Shown: positions 15,518 to 22,405 of the stretch, piece by piece
Position numbering within the stretch: position 1 is the first letter of the stretch
How the letters are laid out: each line of letters starts with the position of its first letter
Source of the DNA: a virus
Taxonomy: Duplodnaviria > Caudoviricetes
Virus record (IMG/VR): IMGVR_UViG_3300033513_000370
Span: 1 to 24,401 of that record
Reading direction: 5' to 3' (one strand)
Length of the DNA stretch: 24,401 nucleotides
Program-made: the position numbers and the translations under genes
The notes under the pieces: model-generated
Database searches by the model: none
What the model was told of the DNA's origin: nothing
The model's input: only the letters and a program-made list of their open reading frames with translations

Positions 15518-16774
15518 CTATTTTAGTTCATCAACAGTATTTGCAGCATCTTTATCTGCCCGAACACACACAAATCGTGGCAAGAACAGAGATTGTTTAT
15601 CTTTATTCTTATCTTGTATTTTTTGATTGTAACGAACAGTTATGATCTTGCCAATCATATCTTTTGACCAAAGCAAAGTGCGCAAATCGTCAGAAAATCC
15701 CGTTCCCACGCCAACCTCAAGCAAGCCGTCAGCTGTTTGACACACCAATGCCCCGAGGCGCCCTTCATTTTTTCCTGTACCTTCTTCAAGAGCAACAACA
15801 ACCAAATCTGCCTCTTCTTCTGCTTTCATTTTTCCGAGGTCTTTAGTCCTTTTTGGTTGCCATACAGCACTCATGTTCTTAATCATGGCCCCTTCTTGTC
15901 CAGCCATAAGACACTCTTGAAAGAATGTTTCTGCTTCTTCTTTGTTGTTGACGATGTGCGTATCAAGAACACGGATTTTATCGGACCAAACAACATTAGA
16001 TAGACGTTCGATGCGTTCTTTGTATGGAATAGTGGATGTAAAATCGACAATATCCCAAGACACCAATATAAGACGATCAGCTTCTTCCCTGCTGATTGTG
16101 CCTTTGACAGCTTTAGTTACAATTCCATTGCCTGTTTTACGGTCAAGCACTTTACCATTAACGTCTACGGCGAGCAGTTCACCATCAACAGTTTCACCTT
16201 CTTTGACCATGTTCACCAATGCTTCATCGAACATGCCGTGCAATTCAATAGGTTTACCATTTCGAGAAAAAGCAACAGCTTTACCCGCTTGTAAGCTCAT
16301 GTGGCAACGAGAACCGTCACTCTTAATTTGTGCATATGCAGGAAATTTGATGCCCGAAATGTCCTTGTGACTAAGCATCACATCGAACGTAGGGACGAGT
16401 CCAGGCCACACCCGGGCGGCCAGAGTATCAGATGTATTGCAACGTAAATCGCGTTGAATAATACGTGTGAGAACAATTGCATCTTCACAAGGAAGATCAG
16501 ATAACAGTGCTTTCAGGCAGTTAACTGCATCGTTGCCTGTAACTTTTCTTGTAACAAATTGGTTTAGTTCACCTAACGCATCTAATAACGTGAAAGATTT
16601 ACCTGATGATGTGTATGACGGAATCTGCTTAATTCCGTATGTAATCATGGGGTTATACGCTGCTTGAAACACACGTTTCAGTAGTTCGTTATTTTTTTCA
16701 CGCTGTAATATTGCAACTTTGGCGTTGGTGGATGGCTCATTTGCTAGTTCATTGAGGATGGCGAGAATTGTCAT
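15518..16774 (-). CDS. ATP-dependent DNA ligase (T4 gp30-like)
   Basis: motif I KSDGSR, FSRNGK, VDGEL, WDIV, EGAMIK, EGTGKNEGRLGAL, VGTGFSD, LFLPRF...R.DK. Confidence 0.97.
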   Translation of the reverse strand: MTILAILNELANEPSTNAKVAILQREKNNELLKRVFQAAYNPMITYGIKQIPSYTSSGKSFTLLDALGELNQFVTRKVTGNDAVNCLKALLSDLPCEDAIVLTRIIQRDLRCNTSDTLAARVWPGLVPTFDVMLSHKDISGIKFPAYAQIKSDGSRCHMSLQAGKAVAFSRNGKPIELHGMFDEALVNMVKEGETVDGELLAVDVNGKVLDRKTGNGIVTKAVKGTISREEADRLILVSWDIVDFTSTIPYKERIERLSNVVWSDKIRVLDTHIVNNKEEAETFFQECLMAGQEGAMIKNMSAVWQPKRTKDLGKMKAEEEADLVVVALEEGTGKNEGRLGALVCQTADGLLEVGVGTGFSDDLRTLLWSKDMIGKIITVRYNQKIQDKNKDKQSLFLPRFVCVRADKDAANTVDELK

Positions 16775-16786
16775 GTTGGTGCCTTA

Positions 16787-17011
16787 TTAACCGAAAAAGG
16801 GAATACGAAATTTTTTGTAAGCAACAACTGCTTCGATCTGGTCAACGTTGATGTTGAGAATTTGTACAGCATTACGATCCCAAAGTTCCCACTCAACTGA
16901 ATTGACCTGACAGGCTTCTTTCTTGATGTTGAAAGTTTTCACGTTCTTCAACACCACTTTGTTACCACTTTTCATGAAGAGGTGAACAGTAAACTTGGTC
17001 AGTGCGATCAT
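16787..17011 (-). CDS. hypothetical protein
   Basis: lies between a promoter and the ligase gene; beta-rich. Confidence 0.7.
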   Translation of the reverse strand: MIALTKFTVHLFMKSGNKVVLKNVKTFNIKKEACQVNSVEWELWDRNAVQILNINVDQIEAVVAYKKFRIPFFG

Positions 17012-17045
17012 GTTGTGCTTTCGTAGTTGTTAAGCAATACGGTGC

Positions 17046-17073
17046 ATCATACAGGAATAGTGGGAAAAGTCAA
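17046..17073 (-). promoter_or_regulatory. sigma70-like promoter upstream of the ligase unit
   Basis: TTGACT-N16-TATGAT; the -35 overlaps the upstream TGA. Confidence 0.65.
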
Positions 17074-17414
17074 CGATACAATACAACAGTTCGCAACAGC
17101 CAGTCAATGCCGTCAGGCACTGTGATATCATACACAGATCTCACGCCATCATCCCACATAATGCAGACACAGTTTGGTGCTGTAGCGTCTTCAACTACAA
17201 CGCCTTGCATTGAATCACTGAGGCTTACAACATACGAACCAGGCGTGTACTTGAGTGCCATATTCCGCAACAGCTGTCGAGCAGTCTCTGTGATTTTTGC
17301 AGCAGCGTCAGGATCCATATAGATGGAGATGGGCTCACCATTTTCGTTTTTTCCGCCGACGATAACACGTTTACGAGCTGGAAAACCAGCACTGCATATT
17401 GGACAATCACTCAT
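17070..17414 (-). CDS. hypothetical protein
   Basis: ATGA overlap; N-terminal CPIC. Confidence 0.7.
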   Translation of the reverse strand: MSDCPICSAGFPARKRVIVGGKNENGEPISIYMDPDAAAKITETARQLLRNMALKYTPGSYVVSLSDSMQGVVVEDATAPNCVCIMWDDGVRSVYDITVPDGIDWLLRTVVLYR

Positions 17415-17629
17415 TGCCCATTGTCCTCATCGAGTTTTTGCTTGGCCAACCGCACGCAGTCGAAGCAAATCACAGGCGAATCAACAAACCCATCGCTGAT
17501 ATACGTACCAGGCTGCTTCACGGTAAGGCAGAAGGAACACTTCGCTGGTGGTACTGGCGCAGGTTCTGGTTCAGGTTGCACAAACAGCGGAATCACTTTT
17601 GCTATTGGATGTTGGGGTTCGTTAGTCAT
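17411..17629 (-). CDS. stand-alone ClpX-type C4 zinc-finger protein
   Basis: CSFC-X18-ICFDCVRLAK resembles the ClpX N-terminal zinc-binding domain. Confidence 0.7.
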   Translation of the reverse strand: MTNEPQHPIAKVIPLFVQPEPEPAPVPPAKCSFCLTVKQPGTYISDGFVDSPVICFDCVRLAKQKLDEDNGQ

Positions 17630-17880
17630 TCTTCTCTTTCATTTTCGGGGATTATTTCGTAGTTGCGGTTGAATATTGTGGCGTCGACATTGAGCTTCTC
17701 GCACAGTTCCGCTATCACTTCAACCAATTGTTCGATTTGGTCTTCAATGCTTCGTGGCTCACTAAGCCGTGTCCAATCGCCATTGCGATACATTATGCGG
17801 TCGCGAAGCACATCAAGTGCATTGGATTGGTACGCTTGTTTGCGATGCTTTAGACGATAAATTCGTTTGGGGAAGGTCAT
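17626..17880 (-). CDS. hypothetical protein
   Basis: GGAGG SD before MTFPK. Confidence 0.75.
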   Translation of the reverse strand: MTFPKRIYRLKHRKQAYQSNALDVLRDRIMYRNGDWTRLSEPRSIEDQIEQLVEVIAELCEKLNVDATIFNRNYEIIPENEREE

Positions 17881-17910
17881 TTGGCCTCCGAACAGTAACA
17901 TAATGAGATT

Positions 17911-17939
17911 AGTGTACTACAAACGGATAAATAACACAA
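17911..17939. promoter_or_regulatory. overlapping - strand sigma70-like promoter and + strand late box
   Basis: - strand TTGTGT-N17-TACACT; + strand ATAAATA at 17927-17933. Confidence 0.55.
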
Positions 17940-17957
17940 CACTTCAAGGAGAACTAA

Positions 17958-18140
17958 ATGAAACTGTCTGAAATCAAAGTAATGGTAGAAGCTGAAGAAA
18001 AAGAAGAAGTTAGACTCTGCAAGAAGCTCATCGAGAAAACATGGGCATGCAAACCAGGCTGTTCCGCAAAGGATGTCAAAGCTGGTGGTACATGCCCATT
18101 CTCAGAAAAAGCGCAACATACTTGTCCTTGTTTTGCGTAA
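17958..18140 (+). CDS. small late Cys-rich protein
   Basis: ATAAATA box + AAGGAG SD; MKLSEI N-terminus; six Cys. Confidence 0.75.
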   Translation: MKLSEIKVMVEAEEKEEVRLCKKLIEKTWACKPGCSAKDVKAGGTCPFSEKAQHTCPCFA

Positions 18141-18170
18141 TATGAATGATTGAGGGTTTTATCGTGTATA

Positions 18171-18286
18171 CATAAATACACAGGTAGCAAAAAAGATTTG
18201 CTTGTCGCGGTACCGGAAATACCCACAAGCCCTAAACATTCTATCGCTAATCGAGGAGACTAACATGTCCAGCATTTCTATTTATC
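18171..18286 (+). promoter_or_regulatory. conserved endonuclease leader cassette, copy 2
   Basis: CATAAATACA; GCTTGT-CGC-GGTA-CCGGAAA-TACC-C-ACAAGC; CTAAACATTC; AGGAG; TATTTATC. Confidence 0.75.
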
Positions 18287-19029
18287 ATCTTCCATTATAC
18301 TACGTATATAAAATTACTAATACTGAAACAGGTGAATTTTATTTCGGTTCGCGTTTTGCACACGTTAAGCGAAATCGAACTCCAGCGCAGGATTTTCTTG
18401 TGCACTATTTTACTTCTAGTGTTCGTCTAAAAGAAGATATAAAGTTAAACCCCACCAAATACCGAGGCGAAATACTATATTGTTCCAATGAGAGTATAAC
18501 ATGTGACGGTTGTGTTAGCTACGTTGTGTATTGGTATGAACAACTGTTAATTCGCGATCATATTACTGATTCTTTGTGCATGAACGGTAATTACTTGGAC
18601 CCAGACAGTAACGTCAAAGCCTTTTGTGTGAGGGGGAATCCAAACTATTGGTTTGGTAAATCTCGTGGACCATGTTCGGAAGAAACCAAACAAAAAATTA
18701 GTGCAAAGCTGAAAGGCCGCAAATTATCTGGTGATGTGGTGGAGAAACATAAACAACGAAGTGTTGGCAAGCAGTTTCCCATGGCTGGGAGCCAGCGAGC
18801 ATGGGCCGTCAACACAGGAAAGACTAGGTCAGAAGAAACTAAACAAAAAATAAGTAAATCTACCAAAGGAATAAAACGAATGTCTGCTGAGGCTAAACAA
18901 AAGATCGGAGATTCCTTGCGCAGTGCATACGCCGAAGGTCGGAGAAATAAAAACAACATTAGTAAATCGGGGTCGTCGAAACCAAACAGTGAGATACGAG
19001 CTCATGATCAGGAAAAGCAAGAACAGTAG
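18265..19029 (+). CDS. GIY-YIG-like homing endonuclease with NUMOD3-like repeats
   Basis: start reassigned to MSSISIYH (GAGGAG SD; paralogue alignment); YVYKITN...FYFGSR; SEETKQKIS twice and SAEAKQKIG. Confidence 0.87.
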   Translation: MSSISIYHLPLYYVYKITNTETGEFYFGSRFAHVKRNRTPAQDFLVHYFTSSVRLKEDIKLNPTKYRGEILYCSNESITCDGCVSYVVYWYEQLLIRDHITDSLCMNGNYLDPDSNVKAFCVRGNPNYWFGKSRGPCSEETKQKISAKLKGRKLSGDVVEKHKQRSVGKQFPMAGSQRAWAVNTGKTRSEETKQKISKSTKGIKRMSAEAKQKIGDSLRSAYAEGRRNKNNISKSGSSKPNSEIRAHDQEKQEQ

Positions 19030-19090
19030 GATTGTTAACTTCTCTCTTTACAGTTATTAAATGCGGTTGGTTTAATTTCAATCATGGTGA

Positions 19091-19273
19091 TCACCAAAGG
19101 CGTGGGTCAAAGGGAACTCCCAGTAACAACACAGCCATAAAGTACAATGTTGACAGCGTGAAGATCAGCGTACGAATGATAATGTTGGTAAACAACCCAT
19201 ACCATACCAAGAACGCAGTACTTTCCGCTGCAATGAATAGCAAAATTTTAAGAGTGGTCCATAAGTCTAGCAT
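19091..19273 (-). CDS. two-TM membrane protein
   Basis: MLDLWTTLKILLFIAA... after AAGG; hydrophobic throughout. Confidence 0.6.
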   Translation of the reverse strand: MLDLWTTLKILLFIAAESTAFLVWYGLFTNIIIRTLIFTLSTLYFMAVLLLGVPFDPRLW

Positions 19274-19277
19274 GGCC

Positions 19278-19535
19278 TTATTTACTTTCAGCTTTTTGAA
19301 GCTGTGCAATCATAGCGTCTGCCCACACCAACGGCCACTGAAAGGATCGTTCACGGTGATACTCAGCTTGCCATTCTTCGAGCTCAACGCGTGATTTTTC
19401 GAGGTTCCCAGCATTAAAAGCAGGTCGTTCACGCATTGTGGGATGGAACCATTCTGGAATAACGGCAGGAGCGTGGGCAACAAAATATGCCCTCGCTCCA
19501 ATATCGCCGTCGTAAATCTGTCTATCGGTAATCAC
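19278..19535 (-). CDS. conserved phage hypothetical protein
   Basis: RAYFVAHAP...WADAMIAQL resembles the common phage RDYFAA...ADAML family; AAGGAGG SD. Confidence 0.8.
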   Translation of the reverse strand: MITDRQIYDGDIGARAYFVAHAPAVIPEWFHPTMRERPAFNAGNLEKSRVELEEWQAEYHRERSFQWPLVWADAMIAQLQKAESK

Positions 19536-19543
19536 TTGCCTCC

Positions 19544-19672
19544 TTACTCAGGGCAATACCTCCGCACTCGCTTTTCGTCACGTTCACGGATGGCGTGTTT
19601 TGCTTTGCGGCCATCACGTTGCGACTGGGCGTCGCGGTTGCCATGCTTGCGTTGCGGGTTATGTGCTGCCAT
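19544..19672 (-). CDS. small basic protein (42 aa)
   Basis: GAGGTG SD; MAAHNPQRKHGNRDAQSQRDGRKAKHAIRERDEKRVRRYCPE. Confidence 0.7.
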   Translation of the reverse strand: MAAHNPQRKHGNRDAQSQRDGRKAKHAIRERDEKRVRRYCPE

Positions 19673-19711
19673 GATATTCACCTCATACAAAAGTTGTTGA
19701 AACGCTCTTTG

Positions 19712-19762
19712 TTAACGCGTAAGCGTTAAGTACATATTACTGGTGTTGAGGGTTAAAGTCAA
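19712..19762 (-). promoter_or_regulatory. sigma70-like promoter followed by a 5' stem-loop
   Basis: TTGACT-N17-TAATAT (19762-19734), then TTAACGC-TTAC-GCGTTAA (19729-19712). Confidence 0.7.
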
Positions 19763-20028
19763 CGGATTCCGACGCAGAATATAAATTTAAGTAGGTAATA
19801 GCGTTGGATAGTGTAGCAACAGTTGGCACGCTGTTGTTTGAGGTGCAACGAATTTTCATGCCGCCACTGCTTGGCAGTTTCTATACGCTGTGTGTTATTT
19901 TTGTTGCGCTGTTTGCGGTCAGTTGATATGCATTGTTTGCATATGTAAGATAGACCGTCGGATTGGTGTTTATCTTTGTGAAACTCTGTTGGTTCTTTTT
20001 CTTCTCGGCATTTTGTGCACATCTTCAT
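19759..20028 (-). pseudogene. truncated homing-endonuclease-like gene (N-terminal Zn module only)
   Basis: MKMCTKCREEKEPTEFHKDKHQSDGLSYICKQC plus a basic helix, typical of HNH/EndoVII-type N-termini; no nuclease motif follows. Confidence 0.65.
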
Positions 20029-20033
20029 AATCG

Positions 20034-20138
20034 ATTCCCCAAATAAAAAACGCACGGCCTTGGTCGAATCGTGCGTTCTCTACTGCTACAATAAATTTTA
20101 AGATGTACCGACCAAGGCTATCTTGGGGAATATTTATG
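20034..20138 (-). promoter_or_regulatory. late promoter plus structured attenuator-like leader
   Basis: CATAAATA; ATTCCCCAA/TTGGGGAAT; GCCTTGGTCG/CGACCAAGGC; AACGCACG/CGTGCGTT plus T-run. Confidence 0.7.
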
Positions 20139-20157
20139 AGTTGTTACCAACAACGGG

Positions 20158-20328
20158 TCATTTCTGAACTGCACCGTACACCACACAGAGTGCACCAAAC
20201 ATGGCCTTGACGATGGCCTTTGCGCTGTCAGGACCATGAGCGGGAACCACCATCTTCAGGTTCTGCGTCATGCTGCTGGTGGAGTAGGCGGATTGTTTGA
20301 TGTCGTAAGTCACTTCGTAGTTTTTCAC
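20158..20328 (-). CDS. hypothetical protein (56 aa)
   Basis: AAGGA SD, GTG start; MKNYEVTYDIKQ...AKAIVKAMFG. Confidence 0.7.
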   Translation of the reverse strand: MKNYEVTYDIKQSAYSTSSMTQNLKMVVPAHGPDSAKAIVKAMFGALCVVYGAVQK

Positions 20329-20346
20329 GGTAGTTCCTTTCTATGG

Positions 20347-20517
20347 TTAATGAATTGTTACGATGTCAGAGGGTACTACCAAATCTTCAACTGCTTCGTC
20401 GTCATTGCTCATGACGGCCTTGACCACCGATTCGTAAATCGAATCACGGTTGCCAATCACATACGGCATACCGCCAAACGTGAAGATGATTTCGTCGCTA
20501 GTGATGATGTATTGCAT
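20347..20517 (-). CDS. hypothetical protein (56 aa)
   Basis: GAGGG SD; MQYIITSDEIIFTFGGMPYVIG... Confidence 0.7.
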   Translation of the reverse strand: MQYIITSDEIIFTFGGMPYVIGNRDSIYESVVKAVMSNDDEAVEDLVVPSDIVTIH

Positions 20518-20556
20518 GATGGTGCCCTCAAGTTGTTAGTGAACTCCAATGTCTGC

Positions 20557-20585
20557 ATCATCTCACAATATTGGTTCAAAGTCAA
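20557..20585 (-). promoter_or_regulatory. early promoter, repeat A copy 1
   Basis: TTGACTTT-GAACC-AATATTGTGAGATGAT. Confidence 0.65.
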
Positions 20586-20798
20586 CTATTTCTTTGTGAG
20601 GATTGAATGATCTGGATAATGTTCAACCGACACAACCATGCTACGTGAGGACCCATTCCTATTTTGAATTATGGAAATTTCAGTAGCGCCTTCGAATATT
20701 ACGTTTATTGGGTATGCAACCGACATGGTTCCACCGCCTTGAATAGTATGGAACACGTGCTCGTTAACAAGAAACCCATTTTGAATTTTTTTGATCAT
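20586..20798 (-). CDS. hypothetical protein
   Basis: starts 2 nt after the upstream stop. Confidence 0.65.
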   Translation of the reverse strand: MIKKIQNGFLVNEHVFHTIQGGGTMSVAYPINVIFEGATEISIIQNRNGSSRSMVVSVEHYPDHSILTKK

Positions 20799-20800
20799 AC

Positions 20801-21034
20801 CTATTTTTCAGCCTCAATCATGCCGCGAACTTTAGCAAGGTGCTCTTCGGTTTGAGGCACACCAGCTGCGTTCAGGTCCAAGAACATTTGGATCAGGTCT
20901 TTGCGAGAGAAACGCTCACCATCAATGTGCGAGTACTGAACGGGATGACGTTCGAATTCACCACGATCTTTGCGGGAAAGTTCGTGCCAATACTTGCCTT
21001 TGTACGGAAACTTGCTTTCCAATAGATGAAGCAT
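20801..21034 (-). pseudogene. probable C-terminal remnant of a DUF262 (GmrSD/ParB-like) protein
   Basis: KFPYKGKYWHELS...FLDLNAAGVPQTEEHL resembles DUF262 C-termini (F..LN.GG); no DGQQR motif; ATG abuts the -10 box and has no SD. Confidence 0.5.
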
Positions 21035-21063
21035 ATCATCTCACAATATTCCCCGAAAGTCAA
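21035..21063 (-). promoter_or_regulatory. early promoter, repeat A copy 2
   Basis: TTGACTTT-CGGGG-AATATTGTGAGATGAT; 24/29 identical to 20557-20585. Confidence 0.65.
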
Positions 21064-21746
21064 TAGTTAATCAGAACATCCCTGATATCTGGACGGTTCC
21101 ACTTCTTGACAGGCAACAAAGGATTTTGAGTATTCTCATCGCTCTCAATCGCAATGGGAACGAAAGACAAGCGGAAAAATGTCCGTACTTTACCTGTGCT
21201 GGCAGGATCGCGACGGTGCACAACGTACGGATCAATCACGTAGATGTGGTTAGCCTTTGCTGTCACGAAGTTATCATCTTGGTGAGCATCGAAATAGTTG
21301 TGCAGGTTGTGCTTCATGGCATCAAAGTCACTTGGCAACTCAACACACGTATTCGAAATCTGCGTGGGATATTCGTTTGACCAGATGTAATTCTGTTCAG
21401 GAACATGGGGATAGCGCATCGAAAAACCATCTACATGCCAGATGTCGTCGGTCTTGCTTGTCACTTCACCGCTACGAATGGTGAGGTACACAAACGGATG
21501 GTCGATGAAGTAAGTCTTCTGGTGCTCATAGCACTTTTCGATTGTGGAACGCATCCACTCCAGTTCAGGAGGAATCATGATGCCCGACCCGTCAAACCTG
21601 AGTGCCATCCGCAGAATATACTGCCGTTCAGCAGGAACATCAAGCAGGTGCTCACCAAGGTCCAGCAAGTTGGTCCAATCGGATTGAGTTCCGTAGAAGG
21701 ACAACGATAGATTCTTGTCAAACCTGTCGTAAACTGTTGTTTTCAT
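21060..21746 (-). CDS. 2OG-Fe(II) dioxygenase-like protein
   Basis: WHVDG (HxD), distal VVHR and RTFFRLSF basic residue in a beta-rich C-terminal half. Confidence 0.65.
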   Translation of the reverse strand: MKTTVYDRFDKNLSLSFYGTQSDWTNLLDLGEHLLDVPAERQYILRMALRFDGSGIMIPPELEWMRSTIEKCYEHQKTYFIDHPFVYLTIRSGEVTSKTDDIWHVDGFSMRYPHVPEQNYIWSNEYPTQISNTCVELPSDFDAMKHNLHNYFDAHQDDNFVTAKANHIYVIDPYVVHRRDPASTGKVRTFFRLSFVPIAIESDENTQNPLLPVKKWNRPDIRDVLINY

Positions 21747-22375
21747 GGGTTCGTAACACCAAATGCAGTCCGCAGCAGAGTGGTAATGCCATTATCAATC
21801 TTTCGCATGATTTCAGACCAATTGTGGTCGGTGTTGCCGGACTGAAGCATCTTCATCGCGTGGTCGTACATGCCAACACGGCGCCTCAAACTTCTCTGGA
21901 CATCTTTGGCTGCTTCTTTCGACAGGGGCTTAGGTGCATTTCTGGCAGCGATGGCCTCTTCGATTGAATCGAAGTTGGACTTCAGTTTGTTGCAGGGTTC
22001 GCAAAGTGCCTGACGGTTTTCGACACCGTTGCTGCCGTCTTTCGACTTGGCTTTGATGTGGTCACTGGTGATCATCACTTCTCTGCCGTCTTTGATGGCG
22101 TAGATGTTGACGTGGTACTTGGTGTCGTTGTGTTGACGCTCTACAGCGAAGAACTTGCCTTCCAAGCCACAGTGGACGCACACCACACCTTTCACGTACG
22201 TTTGCACACGATTCGATGCCAACGATACGCTGAGCGTATCATCAAGATGAAGAATCTGTACACCGTTGCGAATTGCTTCGACCACAATTTGTGCAGGAAT
22301 GCTTGCAACTCGTTTGTAGCCACGGCCTTCGCCTTTGGTGCGGAATTCGGTGTACATCGTGATCAAGTCTGCCAT
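21743..22375 (-). CDS. HNH endonuclease
   Basis: CVHCG...TSDHIKAKSKDGSNGVENRQALCEPCNKLKSN. Confidence 0.9.
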   Translation of the reverse strand: MADLITMYTEFRTKGEGRGYKRVASIPAQIVVEAIRNGVQILHLDDTLSVSLASNRVQTYVKGVVCVHCGLEGKFFAVERQHNDTKYHVNIYAIKDGREVMITSDHIKAKSKDGSNGVENRQALCEPCNKLKSNFDSIEEAIAARNAPKPLSKEAAKDVQRSLRRRVGMYDHAMKMLQSGNTDHNWSEIMRKIDNGITTLLRTAFGVTNP

Positions 22376-22405
22376 GATAGCCTCATGTGTTAATTGATGA
22401 AAGAC

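Noticed and set aside
15664-16667. + strand ORFs within the ligase, and similar antisense ORFs over YqeY, kinase, HNH and oxygenase genes
   Set aside because: They lie opposite confidently identified genes and lack SDs or motifs.
18202-18264. 21-aa N-terminal extension of the endonuclease given in the ORF track
   Set aside because: It runs through the conserved hairpin; the paralogue and the SD place the start at 18265.
18959-19081. - strand 40-codon ORF (LKLNQPHLITVKREVNNP...) overlapping the endonuclease 3' end
   Set aside because: TTG start with no clear SD and no motif; it may be an insertion-site remnant but cannot be supported from the sequence alone.
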